A stretch of DNA of 64,000 nt from Candidatus Roizmanbacteria bacterium CG_4_9_14_0_2_um_filter_38_17 (GCA_002788855.1 PFSB01000026.1:6142-70141), one strand, 5' to 3'; positions 50,433 through 60,120 are shown, counted from the stretch's first letter. The notes: a model not told the origin generated them from the letters alone. Program-made: numbers and translations.

Positions 50433-51147
50433 TCGTGTAAATAGTCGCAACATCTTCATTTTCTTCAAGTTCTTTTATTAATCTATCTAATTTATTAATC
50501 TCACCCTCATCAGTAAGGGGCATGGGAATTTTGGTTATATATTCTTGCTTAACATATTGTACCTCAACTCCTCGCTCTTCAAGTTTCTTTCGAACATTCC
50601 CTAGTTCTTTAGCATTGGATATAACATCCGCAGTCTCACCTTCTAATTTTACGTCATCAGCACCAACTGTTATAGCTAATTCTATCAGCTCCTCTTCTCC
50701 CCTACCAGCACTTGTAATTAAGATTTTTCCAATAACTTTAAAATATGGCTCCACTGATTCTGGACTTACCATTCTTCCTCCACTCTTCCCCAATACGTGA
50801 CGAATACTGGCTGTTGTACGATTCTTATTATCCGTCTCCGCCTCGATTATTAACGCCACATTATTTAGCACTGTTCCACCAAACTTAGCTTTAGATATAT
50901 TTCCCTCTTTACCAATTCCCGTACCACGCATAATAGCTTTTTTAATCTTGTCTTTGGTGAGATTAGCAGCTTGTGCTCTTTCAACTGCAAGTCGTAGACG
51001 TGGATTAGAATTTGGATCTGTGTTGCCAGATCCCTCCCTAACTGCCATGGAAATAGCAAATGAAAGTTTTGAATATAGCTTGCTACGTTTAGAATCGGCA
51101 GCTCCTTTTTGATGCTTAATTGTGCTCCAGTGCGAATGCCCAGACAT
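50404..51147 (-). CDS. yebC: YebC/PmpR family protein
   Basis: MSGHSHWSTIKHQKG, NPRLR, TDNKNRT, EENEDV..IYTN. Confidence 0.93.
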   Translation of the reverse strand: MSGHSHWSTIKHQKGAADSKRSKLYSKLSFAISMAVREGSGNTDPNSNPRLRLAVERAQAANLTKDKIKKAIMRGTGIGKEGNISKAKFGGTVLNNVALIIEAETDNKNRTTASIRHVLGKSGGRMVSPESVEPYFKVIGKILITSAGRGEEELIELAITVGADDVKLEGETADVISNAKELGNVRKKLEERGVEVQYVKQEYITKIPMPLTDEGEINKLDRLIKELEENEDVATIYTNADYTAEAK

Positions 51148-51207
51148 AGGCTTATTATAACAAATACTGGACATGGCATCGTAATTATGCTAACTTAGGA
51201 GCTTAGT

Positions 51208-51819
51208 ATGGTGGATTTGTCTACACAAGCCATACAAGCTGCCCTAGCTTGTGACTGGCAAAAAGCGATTAAGCTAAACCTTGAATTGGTTAAAGCTACC
51301 CCCGACGATGTTCAAGCTTTAAATAGACTGGCGTATTCACACATTCAGACTGATGATCCTAAAAAGGCTAAACGAATATATAGCTCTATCCTTAAGATAG
51401 ACCCACAAAACCTCATGGCAAATAAGAACCTGAATAAACTAAAAGGTAATATCTCCACAGTTAAAGCTCTGCCAACTAACGGACAGATATATATTGATGA
51501 ACCAGGCATGACTCGCTGCGTTGAACTTGTTAATACCGCACCTAAGGTTGTTCTGAAAAAAATAACACCGGGTATAAAAGCAGAGTATAAGATTGGAAAA
51601 AAGAAGATTGAAATTAGGACTGAAAGTGGAGAGTTTATTGGATCTTTACCGGATGATATATCTTTTTATATGAGAAGGCTATCTGAAAAAGGAAATAAGT
51701 ACGAGATGTACATTAAGGAAGTTGTGGATAGTAAAGTCTCTGTATACATAAGAGAACTGATTCGAAGTTTTGATACCAAAAAAAAGGTGTTTAACTCTCT
51801 AAGTTCTTTTTCTCGGTAG
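51208..51819 (+). CDS. TPR-containing hypothetical protein
   Basis: AIQAAL..DWQKA, ALNRLA, IDPQN TPR pattern; IDEPG. Confidence 0.7.
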   Translation: MVDLSTQAIQAALACDWQKAIKLNLELVKATPDDVQALNRLAYSHIQTDDPKKAKRIYSSILKIDPQNLMANKNLNKLKGNISTVKALPTNGQIYIDEPGMTRCVELVNTAPKVVLKKITPGIKAEYKIGKKKIEIRTESGEFIGSLPDDISFYMRRLSEKGNKYEMYIKEVVDSKVSVYIRELIRSFDTKKKVFNSLSSFSR

Positions 51820-52012
51820 TCTCTTTAGGCGTCTTGCCAGAATAGACAATTCGCTTATCTCTTAAAAATATGATTGTTCCCCAGCTTTTCACCCTTCTTA
51901 CAGATTTTTCAATTTGCTCGACAATTCCATGTGGAACCTCTAGCTCACTTAAGGAACGCCACGCAAGAATGAACGATACTAAAGCCAATAGTATTATTAT
52001 TACTATAATCAT
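51791..52012 (-). CDS. small membrane protein
   Basis: N-terminal TM; start overlaps the stop of the upstream gene. Confidence 0.55.
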   Translation of the reverse strand: MIIVIIILLALVSFILAWRSLSELEVPHGIVEQIEKSVRRVKSWGTIIFLRDKRIVYSGKTPKETTEKKNLES

Positions 52013-52923
52013 TTTCCAAACATTAGTTTACTAAATTCACTACCTAGGTATAGCTTAGCCACGAGACTGTTGGTACTAGTCGCCTCAGTGACGAGTTCAC
52101 AGTTAAATGCTTGAATTACCCTTTGCGCAGTAACCGACTGGGCATCTTGCAAATTTGCAACGTGAAGTTGGCAATTCTCAAAATTACTACTCTTATTCTC
52201 TATCAGGATGACGTCTGTCCCCATGTTCTCAAGCATATTGCTAGCGAGTCTGGCTAACCCTGGTGTTCCTGCTGTGTTGTATACTATAAACTTAAACTGC
52301 TCCTCGGCGAGAGGTATTTCTACAAAATACTGCTGTAATTTTACTGGCAAAAAGCGTGCATCAGCATCTGAAATCTCTACTCCATCTGCTTCCTCGACCC
52401 TTGAAACAGTTCTAGTTTTAGACACGTCAATAATATTCTCCTTGGGAACTCTAATACCGTTTAGATTCCACCAAAGCTGAAAGAGCGCAGGGCTACTAAG
52501 GTTGCTGGTAAGATACTTTGGAGAAAGTGTATCTATCAATTCAACTAGATCAGATATGCTCTCTGATGATATATCCCTAGATGTCAGGATATATATGTCT
52601 ATAGGAATTGCTAAAAATCGCTCAAAACTTGCTTCAATAAACCCTTCCTTATGGTCGGTTAACTCTGCAAGCTTAGTTAATTTATTGACAGGATACTTAC
52701 CAGCACCTCTGGCTGTCTCAATATATGTGTCACTTGGAAAATACAGTGCATGGGCAGTAGTTTTGTCTAAAGCAACCACAATTGCGTCTCTGTCGTTGTA
52801 TACTAAAACATTAACTCTCCCCGTGGGACTAGATATATGAAGTAAGCTTGTATTTACCAATCTTGCAATGACAATAATACTTAAAAGTAAAATTATAAGT
52901 CCGCTGGCTATTTTTAAGATCAT
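52009..52923 (-). CDS. LCP-related protein with LytR C-terminal domain
   Basis: TM; FPSDTY, IVYNTAGTPGLA, LYLG. Confidence 0.7.
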   Translation of the reverse strand: MILKIASGLIILLLSIIVIARLVNTSLLHISSPTGRVNVLVYNDRDAIVVALDKTTAHALYFPSDTYIETARGAGKYPVNKLTKLAELTDHKEGFIEASFERFLAIPIDIYILTSRDISSESISDLVELIDTLSPKYLTSNLSSPALFQLWWNLNGIRVPKENIIDVSKTRTVSRVEEADGVEISDADARFLPVKLQQYFVEIPLAEEQFKFIVYNTAGTPGLARLASNMLENMGTDVILIENKSSNFENCQLHVANLQDAQSVTAQRVIQAFNCELVTEATSTNSLVAKLYLGSEFSKLMFGK

Positions 52924-53648
52924 ATTTTAGTAAGCGTTGCTAATGCCTGTTGTAAGTCAACTGGTAAACTTTGTTCAACTGAGATTATTTTGTTTGTAGT
53001 TGGCTGGGTAAACTGAATACGGGCAGCGTGCAAGAACAGTCTCTGACACCAAGTGATATCTTTTTTAAATCTTTTTCGACCTGTGTACTTACTGTCGCTT
53101 ACTAGTGGATGCCCATAATGCTTAAAATGTACCCGAATCTGGTGAGTACGACCTGTTTTAGGATACGCTTCAACTAAAGTATACAGCTGATCCTTTAATT
53201 GGTAGTAAGCTAAAATCTTGTAACTAGTAACTGAAGCTTTGCCATCAGCTGAAACACTAAACTTCTGACGGTTAAAGGAAGATCTTGAAAGTGGCACGTT
53301 AATTTCCCCTTCGCGAACCTTGATCTTTTCATGTGTTAGAGCAATGTATGTTTTTTGAATTAGGCGCGCCTTAAATTGAGACTGGAGATTCTCAAAAGCC
53401 GGAATATATTTGGCAATTATTAGTGCTCCGCTGGTTTCTTTATCTAGTCGATGTACAATGCCCGCCCTAGAATAAAAATCTGCATTTATATTTCCAGCTG
53501 CTAACTGCTTACTACTTATTGCTAACTTCTTTTCTGCCCAGTCTTGAATTGTCTCTGATTTAACTGTCTCGGCGCGATTAATAACAACTCCTGCGGGTTT
53601 ACCGATTACCATAAGGTCACCGTCTTCGTATAGTATCTCAATTATCAT
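52920..53648 (-). CDS. RluA-family pseudouridine synthase
   Basis: KPAG, GIVHRLDKETSG, TGRTHQIRVH, LFLHA. Confidence 0.93.
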   Translation of the reverse strand: MIIEILYEDGDLMVIGKPAGVVINRAETVKSETIQDWAEKKLAISSKQLAAGNINADFYSRAGIVHRLDKETSGALIIAKYIPAFENLQSQFKARLIQKTYIALTHEKIKVREGEINVPLSRSSFNRQKFSVSADGKASVTSYKILAYYQLKDQLYTLVEAYPKTGRTHQIRVHFKHYGHPLVSDSKYTGRKRFKKDITWCQRLFLHAARIQFTQPTTNKIISVEQSLPVDLQQALATLTKI

Positions 53649-54475
53649 TGAGAGTCCGCTGTGATGACTTTTTTTCGTGTAAGCTTTTTAAGAAACTTAA
53701 AGATAAGCTCTTTGTCCTGCTTAAATTTTCTAGTTAACCTATAGAGCATACTTGCAGAAATAACTAGGATAAGTAAGACAATAACCAGAGAAATAGGGAC
53801 AACAGAGATAAATAATTTGTCGCGGGTAAGAAAGAATGAAAAAGATTCAATTGTAGCCACTAGTGTCGCAGATGTTAAAAATATCCCCATGGGTAATTTA
53901 CGGGTGATGAGAAAGTACCTACTCCACTTATTAGTTATCAGGTAGAAGGCAGCGAAGTATATAACCGCCTGGATAAGCGCTAGGGGCACAAAATGCCCTG
54001 CTTCGCCTACAACTGTCAGCATGCCAAAGTAAGGTATATTTGTGCTTATTCCAATAAGTGATCCATCTAGGAATTGACCAATCTTATATAGTCCCACACT
54101 TAAAATCAGTGCTGGAGCAAAGATGTCTAAATACTTTTTATAGCTAGCTTCGTGTTTTCTACTTAAAACGATTACTGAGATAACCGCTGCAACTAAGCCA
54201 CCATAAGTATAAAATCCTGGCATCCAGCTAGGCAGTAATATTCTTAAAATATTCAAGCCAAACTTCTCTGGATATAGCAGTACATAAGAAAGACGAGCAC
54301 CTACTATTCCCCAGACAACTGACAACAGATACAGATCCATGGTCTTCTCTTCGCTTAGGTACTCACGCTTTGAAGTACGCCAAACAATAAAAGTGGAGGC
54401 TAAGAAAGCTAATAATATGAACACAGAAAACGAAGCAATTCGTATTGGACCAAGTTGTAGTAGCGTGGGCAACAT
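53645..54475 (-). CDS. lgt: prolipoprotein diacylglyceryl transferase family protein
   Basis: GIVGARLSYV, YGG, DIFAP, IGQFLDG. Confidence 0.75.
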   Translation of the reverse strand: MLPTLLQLGPIRIASFSVFILLAFLASTFIVWRTSKREYLSEEKTMDLYLLSVVWGIVGARLSYVLLYPEKFGLNILRILLPSWMPGFYTYGGLVAAVISVIVLSRKHEASYKKYLDIFAPALILSVGLYKIGQFLDGSLIGISTNIPYFGMLTVVGEAGHFVPLALIQAVIYFAAFYLITNKWSRYFLITRKLPMGIFLTSATLVATIESFSFFLTRDKLFISVVPISLVIVLLILVISASMLYRLTRKFKQDKELIFKFLKKLTRKKVITADSQ

Positions 54476-54478
54476 AAG

Positions 54479-55042
54479 TTATTTGACGCGTTCTATATAT
54501 TTACCGTTTCTGGTATCTACTCTTATCATATCACCCTTTTTGATAAACATAGGCGCCCTGACCATTGCGCCTGTTTCGATAGTTACCTCTTTTCCTCCCC
54601 CACCTGAAGTATCTCCCCTAGCGTCAGGTGGCGCGTCGCTGACCATGTATTCATGTTTTATCGGAAGAGTTACCTCCACAATTACCTCTTCATGCTTCCT
54701 TAAAGTTACTTCCATACCTTCTTTTAGATAAGGCATCTTTCCCTCAAGCAAGTCTACTTCAACCTCAAACTGCTCATAGGTACTTGTATCCAAAAAAACT
54801 GCTTGGTCCTGATTTCCAACATACAAGAATTGAGCAGTGGAGGTCTCCAGTTGAACAGGTTCAACTTTGATTCCAGATTGGTAGGCTTTGCGAAGCGTCG
54901 ATCCAGTGGTCAGGTTTTTTGCTTTCAATACAACTTTACCAGTTCCTCTAGCTATCTTCTGGTGCATATATTCTAGCACTTGGTAAAGACTTCCATCTTC
55001 ACTATATATATTCCCCGGCCTAAGATCAGATATGTTTATCAT
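54479..55042 (-). CDS. efp: elongation factor P (Arg-tipped loop)
   Basis: DLRPG, HQKIARG, FLDTSTYEQ, RGDT, VRAPMFI..GD.IRVDTR. Confidence 0.93.
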   Translation of the reverse strand: MINISDLRPGNIYSEDGSLYQVLEYMHQKIARGTGKVVLKAKNLTTGSTLRKAYQSGIKVEPVQLETSTAQFLYVGNQDQAVFLDTSTYEQFEVEVDLLEGKMPYLKEGMEVTLRKHEEVIVEVTLPIKHEYMVSDAPPDARGDTSGGGGKEVTIETGAMVRAPMFIKKGDMIRVDTRNGKYIERVK

Positions 55043-55080
55043 AGGTATGATTATACCTCAATGGTATAATTTGCAGGTGA

Positions 55081-55096
55081 GCCGGGGTGGCTAAAT
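55081..55096 (+). repeat. duplicate of the tRNA-Leu(CAA) 5' end
   Basis: GCCGGGGTGGCTAAAT versus GCCGGGGTGGCGGAAT (55365); 10 nt after TGGTATAAT. Confidence 0.7.
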
Positions 55097-55115
55097 CCAC
55101 CTCATCGGTGGATAA

Positions 55116-55364
55116 TATGTATACTGTCTTAGAGGAATAAAAAGAAGAAAGTTATACATAGGTTGTACAGAAGATTTAAAGCGGCGATTGCATGAACATA
55201 ACACTGGCAGAAGTGGAATTTACACCTCTAAAAATGGCCCTTATGAACTGATGTACTATGAGGCATACAGTAGTAAAATTGATGCCTCTAAACAAGAGAA
55301 ATTTTATAAAACAGGGTACGGTAAAGAAGTATTAAAAGGTAAGTTAGAGGAAACTTTGAAATAG
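55116..55364 (+). pseudogene. GIY-YIG nuclease (UPF0213-like) with no in-frame start codon
   Basis: YVYCLRG...KLYIGCTEDLKRRLHEHNTG...YYEAY...EKFYKTGYG...LK*; in-frame TAA immediately upstream; stop abuts the tRNA. Confidence 0.8.
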
Positions 55365-55448
55365 GCCGGGGTGGCGGAATGGTAGACGCGCAGGTCTCAA
55401 AAACCTGTGGTACTTAGTACCATGTGGGTTCAAGTCCCATTCCCGGCA
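55365..55448 (+). tRNA. tRNA-Leu(CAA), no encoded CCA
   Basis: Acceptor GCCGGGG/TCCCGGC, anticodon arm CAGGT-CTCAAAA-ACCTG, long variable arm, GGTTCAAGTCC. Confidence 0.95.
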
Positions 55449-55465
55449 CTAAATTGACTTTAGAC

Positions 55466-55500
55466 CTTAAATTCAACCCTTTTGTAAGGCTTAGCCTTAC
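55466..55500. repeat. 35-bp direct repeat, left copy (contains GTAAGG-CTTAG-CCTTAC)
   Basis: 32/35 identical to 56482-56516. Confidence 0.85.
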
Positions 55501-55522
55501 TATATGCTTAATTAACGGTGTC

Positions 55523-56143
55523 TTACCACTCCATTTTTGAGTCATCTTGCTTTAAAAAAATTATTAGTGGCTTAGAGAACACAGTTAAAGCTGATGCAAT
55601 GCTAAGAACATGTTCAGCTGTAGGAATGATGATATTATAAGCACCTTGTATCACTGTTGTTTCTGGAGGAACTAGCTCGTCACCAAATAGAACCCTTACA
55701 GTCATAATTTTCTGCTTATCAGTTTCTGAAAGCAAGTTTTCGTGAGCTTCACAAAGCCTTACAGACTGGGCAAATGCTGAACTTGACTTACTCTTAGAAC
55801 TAAACGATCGAAATCCTGTTGTTGGTCCGACTCTTAATCTTCCACAAACATTTATTACTCTATGAACTATCTCTCTCCTTTCAATAAAGGCGTTAATGGC
55901 AGCACTCCCACCAGCACTTGTTCCTACTAAAGAAACTGTATCTCCAGCTTCTGTTAACTGATCAATCATATCAGTTAATCGGTTCAACTTAGGCTCAAAA
56001 GAATCTTCTCCATCATGCCAACCAACAGCGTGGACAATTGGCTCTAATCCGTAATTTCTCCAATGACTAACTGCCCATTCGATAGGCTTAACCCTCTGAT
56101 CTCCAAGACCTGGAATAACTAGAACTTTATGCTCTTTGGACAT
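55523..56143 (-). CDS. alpha/beta hydrolase
   Basis: IPGLG oxyanion loop, VGTSAGG nucleophile elbow, DELVP, H. Confidence 0.8.
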   Translation of the reverse strand: MSKEHKVLVIPGLGDQRVKPIEWAVSHWRNYGLEPIVHAVGWHDGEDSFEPKLNRLTDMIDQLTEAGDTVSLVGTSAGGSAAINAFIERREIVHRVINVCGRLRVGPTTGFRSFSSKSKSSSAFAQSVRLCEAHENLLSETDKQKIMTVRVLFGDELVPPETTVIQGAYNIIIPTAEHVLSIASALTVFSKPLIIFLKQDDSKMEW

Positions 56144-56377
56144 TCGAGTTTGTTTTCTTCAAATAATACAGTATGTGCAAAAATGGGAGTAATCCAAAAT
56201 ACCTATCCCTATATTTATGACTTTCTACAACCTGCCATCCTTTGTCAGCAAAGTAACATCACCAGTCCCTGAGCTAATATCTATAAATCCTCTTGGATTT
56301 AGTTAGAAATGGGACCACTCGATCAACAACTTCAATAGACCTAGCTCTGACAAGTTTCTGTATGAGTTGATTTCATG
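56128..56377 (-). pseudogene. class I SAM-dependent methyltransferase remnant
   Basis: FIDISSGTGDVT (motif I-like) joined out of frame to FADKGWQVVE...HILYYLKK; frameshifted and internally deleted. Confidence 0.45.
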
Positions 56378-56481
56378 TGTTGATTATATAACAAGTTCTT
56401 GTGATCTCGCAGGGTCGGACCTTTTGAGGTTATTTTTGTGAGATTCTATTAGATGTTTATTTTTCTCTTTTGTGTTTGGGG

Positions 56482-56516
56482 CTTAAAATCAACCCTTTTG
56501 TAAGGTTAAGCCTTAC
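56482..56516. repeat. 35-bp direct repeat, right copy
   Basis: CTTAAAATCAACCCTTTTGTAAGGTTAAGCCTTAC. Confidence 0.85.
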
Positions 56517-56655
56517 AAAAATTCATGAATAGAGCAAGAATTATTTTCCTTTAAGATTTAGTTTTTGGAGTTTTTTTGTCTTTGTTCATACTCGTACATT
56601 ATCATGGATTGTATTTCAAAGTATACTACTCAACTTAAAGCAAGGCTTTTGAGTT

Positions 56656-56678
56656 ACTCTAACCCTCGGGGTTAGAGT
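56656..56678. repeat. hairpin ACTCTAACC-CTCGG-GGTTAGAGT after dnaB (REP-like or terminator)
   Basis: Perfect arms; related to 38261-38273. Confidence 0.55.
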
Positions 56679-56681
56679 GGT

Positions 56682-58007
56682 TTATTTGGTTTTGTTCATT
56701 CCGTAGAAGCTGATGCGGTCACCTCTGAAGGCTAAGTCAATTGTTCCTACTTTTCCATTTCGGTGTTTGGCTATAAATAGCTTGGTTAATACCTGTGAAT
56801 CCCAGTCCTCATTTTCCTCATCTTCCCGGTATAAAAACATGACTACGTCAGCATCCTGCTCAATCGCTCCTGATTCGCGAAGATCAGCAAGCTGAGGCTT
56901 TTTAACTCCACGGCTTTCAACTGCACGAGAGAGCTGCGAGAGAGCAAGGACAGGCACTTTTAGCTCACGAGCCAAGTTCTTGAGTGACTGAGAAATCATA
57001 GAAACCTCAACAACGCGGTTTTCATACCTGCCGCCCGCATTAGCCAACTGGAGATAGTCAACAATCACCAATCCTATATTATGTTCAAGTTGTAGCTTCC
57101 TGGCTTTTGTTCGCATCTCCATCACATTTAACCCTGGAGTATCGTCAATAAATAACTTAGCAGCAGAAAGCTCACTCATTGCTTTGGTTATATTCCCGAG
57201 GTCGGAATCTGACAGCTTACCTGTTTTCAGACGCCAGGCGTCAATATTCGCCTGAGCAACGAGCAGACGATCAACCAATTCTTCCTTACTCATCTCCAGT
57301 GAGAAAAAAGCAACGGGTACTTTTGAAACCAGTGCTGCGTGCTTGGCGATATTTAAGGAAAAAGCGGTTTTACCCATACCCGGTCTTGCAGCTAAAACAA
57401 CTAAATTAGAATCTTGTAACCCGGCAAGCTTGTCATCGAGATCTTTAAATCCCGTACTTACCCCTCGAAGCTCCCCTCCTCTTTTGTGAATTTCGTTTAT
57501 ACGCTCAAAGCTGGCAACTAAGGCATCTTTTAGCGCTGTAAAATCTCTTTTAATATGTTGGCGGGAAAGATTAAATATGGAGCTTTCTGCTTGTTCTAGT
57601 AGGTCTTTTACTTCTTGGTCATCTTGAAATGACAATTCCGTTGTTTTGGCTGCAACAGAGATTAAGGTTCGTTTGATATATGCTTCTTCAACAATAGTTG
57701 AATATTGTTTGATGTTACCTGCAGTTGGCACCACCTCGAGAAGTTCTGAAAGATAAGCAGATCCTCCAATCTTGGCAAGGCTTTTATTTTTTTTGAGCTG
57801 GGCTGTAAGTGTTATAAGATCAATTGGTTCCATTTTTTCGTAAAGCTCAAGAATCGCCTCATAGATCCGGCGGTGTTTTTCAAAGTAGAAGTGTTCGGGT
57901 GTAAGGCGGCCAGCTATCTCAATGAGAGCACCTGGTTCAATTAATGTTGAGCCTAAAACGCTCTTTTCTGCTTCTTCATCATGTGGGGGGATGCGTGGAT
58001 CAGCCAT
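56682..58007 (-). CDS. dnaB: replicative DNA helicase
   Basis: PPHDEEAEKSVLG, AARPGMGKT, VDYLQL, LSQLSR, DLRESGAIEQDAD, KHRNG. Confidence 0.97.
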   Translation of the reverse strand: MADPRIPPHDEEAEKSVLGSTLIEPGALIEIAGRLTPEHFYFEKHRRIYEAILELYEKMEPIDLITLTAQLKKNKSLAKIGGSAYLSELLEVVPTAGNIKQYSTIVEEAYIKRTLISVAAKTTELSFQDDQEVKDLLEQAESSIFNLSRQHIKRDFTALKDALVASFERINEIHKRGGELRGVSTGFKDLDDKLAGLQDSNLVVLAARPGMGKTAFSLNIAKHAALVSKVPVAFFSLEMSKEELVDRLLVAQANIDAWRLKTGKLSDSDLGNITKAMSELSAAKLFIDDTPGLNVMEMRTKARKLQLEHNIGLVIVDYLQLANAGGRYENRVVEVSMISQSLKNLARELKVPVLALSQLSRAVESRGVKKPQLADLRESGAIEQDADVVMFLYREDEENEDWDSQVLTKLFIAKHRNGKVGTIDLAFRGDRISFYGMNKTK

Positions 58008-58647
58008 TTAAGACAACCATCTGTGTTTCTTCTGGCATTTGTGATTTAGTGATAGTTAGCTTATCTTCTGGTTGGACGTCCTTTTCTCCAATCTGGGAGA
58101 TAAAGTCTTCCACTCCCGCAAGTTCTTTGTAGATATTTTGATCTAAACCTTTGCGGTTATAATGCATCGGAATGACAATCCCAGGATCTAGCTGTGATGT
58201 TACCTGAGCAGCCACTTTTGCATCAATTGTGAATACTCCACCGGTGGGAATAAGCAAGATATCTACCTGGTCCATGCTTTTTAGTGTTTCGTCTGTTAAC
58301 TTATGCCCAAGGTCTCCACAGTGCAGGATAGAAATATCATCTATTGTGATTAAAAACATGATGTTTTGCCCCCGCTCGGATCCAGAACTTGAATCATGGA
58401 ATGTTGGGTAACCAATTACGCGTACTTCTTTAATCTCATATTCACCAGGTCCTTCCACAATAAAAGGATTACCCTCTACCTTCTCAATATAATTATGGTC
58501 CGCGTGTTGATGAGAAACTGTTAACACATCAGCAGACACCTTAGGAAAGGCAAGCCCTGTGCTTTTTGGATCAAATGGATCGGTAACCACACTAGTTGCT
58601 TGACCTTTAATACGAAACGATGAATGACCTAAATAGTGTATAACCAT
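58000..58647 (-). CDS. MBL-fold metallo-hydrolase
   Basis: YLGHSSF, VSHQHADH, HCGDLGH, IPMHY. Confidence 0.9.
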   Translation of the reverse strand: MVIHYLGHSSFRIKGQATSVVTDPFDPKSTGLAFPKVSADVLTVSHQHADHNYIEKVEGNPFIVEGPGEYEIKEVRVIGYPTFHDSSSGSERGQNIMFLITIDDISILHCGDLGHKLTDETLKSMDQVDILLIPTGGVFTIDAKVAAQVTSQLDPGIVIPMHYNRKGLDQNIYKELAGVEDFISQIGEKDVQPEDKLTITKSQMPEETQMVVLNG

Positions 58648-58735
58648 GGTATCTGTATATATACCAGAATTTGAACAATTTTTCAATCGCAAAAATTGAC
58701 TATTGCTGGATTAGATTGTAATATAGGTACACTTT

Positions 58736-59188
58736 ATGAGTCGCGAATCTATTGTTGCAATTATTATAGGATTTGGAATTGGCCTCTTAGTAGCATTGAG
58801 CGTACTCTTTGGACCAAGTCTATTAAAGAGTCTGGACTTCAAACTACCCTTTTTAAAGGATTCCCAGGATACACAGATACGCCTGGATATGGACAAAGAC
58901 GTAGACAATAAAAATGACAAGGTAACTCAGGAACTAGTAATAAACAACCCAATAGATGGTGGTGTTTTTGTGCAAAAAAACTCCGATGTATTAGTAAAAG
59001 GAAAAACAGAGCCAGGAGCAAATGTGGTAGGATTGTCTATGGTCAACCAAGTTCAATCGACAGCTAATAAAGAGGGTGTATTTGAATTAGAACTTGAGCT
59101 TTTAGAAGGAAAAAATATTATACAAGTTGTTTCATATAGTGACCAGACCAAGACAGCTGAATTAACAATTTACTATGCTAAAGACTAA
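58736..59188 (+). CDS. membrane-anchored protein with Ig-like domain
   Basis: TM; VKGKTEPGA, GVF...LLEGKNII. Confidence 0.65.
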   Translation: MSRESIVAIIIGFGIGLLVALSVLFGPSLLKSLDFKLPFLKDSQDTQIRLDMDKDVDNKNDKVTQELVINNPIDGGVFVQKNSDVLVKGKTEPGANVVGLSMVNQVQSTANKEGVFELELELLEGKNIIQVVSYSDQTKTAELTIYYAKD

Positions 59189-59843
59189 TTTTAAATACCT
59201 ATTATTAACTGCTGTATTTTTGAGTATATTTATAGCACCTAGTGCGCTGGTCTGGGCGCAGACAGAAGCAACGGAAAGCTCTAACACGCAAGAAAAGATA
59301 GACCTAATAAAGGAGAAAGTGGCATCTCGGGTGGCTGAGTTAACTAAAGCAATTACAGTTGGCGTTGAAGGGTCAATTGAAAAAATTGAAGAAGGCTTGC
59401 TGACGCTGGATATAAACGGCAAACAAAAAACGGTTAATACTGACAAAGATACAGTAGTCAGTAAGAGAAATAGCGACTTGAGCATAGATGAGCTAAAATT
59501 TGACGATCTGGAAGAGAATGACGAAATAGTTGTCATTGGTGAAGAACAGATTGGAACAGATATTATTAATGCTAAATTAATTACCACTTCTTCCCCTGTG
59601 ATTGCATTTACTGGCGAAGTTAAAGAAGTGGATATTAAAAAGTTCACTTTTGTTTTAATGGAAGCAGACCTAGAATATACCTTTGATTTTGAAAAATATA
59701 CAGATTCATTAAAACTAACAGATAACAACTTTGAAGAAGCAGGCTTTACCAAAATTAAAGAAGGAGTAAAAGTTCAATTATTAGCCTCCCCCCAGAAGAA
59801 TTCAGAGACGAGATTCACAGCTCTCAGGTTGATTGTTTTGTAA
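59175..59843 (+). CDS. secreted hypothetical protein with tandem small beta-barrel repeats (DUF5666-like)
   Basis: Signal peptide; two G.I/V..I...T....F..L/I..G repeats. Confidence 0.5.
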   Translation: MLKTNFKYLLLTAVFLSIFIAPSALVWAQTEATESSNTQEKIDLIKEKVASRVAELTKAITVGVEGSIEKIEEGLLTLDINGKQKTVNTDKDTVVSKRNSDLSIDELKFDDLEENDEIVVIGEEQIGTDIINAKLITTSSPVIAFTGEVKEVDIKKFTFVLMEADLEYTFDFEKYTDSLKLTDNNFEEAGFTKIKEGVKVQLLASPQKNSETRFTALRLIVL

Positions 59844-59853
59844 TCATGTGTAC

Positions 59854-60030
59854 TTAACTATTAACATATACTTTTATAGCATTTTTGATATTAGCCAAAG
59901 CCTCGTCAATTGTGTCTCCGTCATCGGCTACTCCAAGAGTAGGACACAAAGCTGTGAATCCGGGCTTGCCAGTTCCAGTTTGCTTGTCAGGACTAACAAT
60001 AATTCGGTAGTTCAAAACTCTTGTTTTCAT
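59854..60030 (-). CDS. HicB-like antitoxin domain, 58 aa, probably truncated (not in ORF track)
   Basis: MKTRVLNYRIIV...GFTALCPTLGVADDGDTIDEALANIKNAIKVYVNS*. Confidence 0.7.
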   Translation of the reverse strand: MKTRVLNYRIIVSPDKQTGTGKPGFTALCPTLGVADDGDTIDEALANIKNAIKVYVNS

Positions 60031-60082
60031 ATGAGATTATTGTAATACGGATATAATAATAAAGCAAAATAGTTTACTCCAC

Positions 60083-60111
60083 TTGACTAAAGTGCTTTAG
60101 TGTGATAAAGT
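60083..60111 (+). promoter_or_regulatory. promoter TTGACT-N17-TAAAGT with overlapping palindromic operator CTTTA-GTGTGA-TAAAG
   Basis: Palindromes at 60086-60101 and 60095-60110, upstream of the TrpR-like gene. Confidence 0.6.
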
Positions 60112-60120
60112 GTTCGTCAT

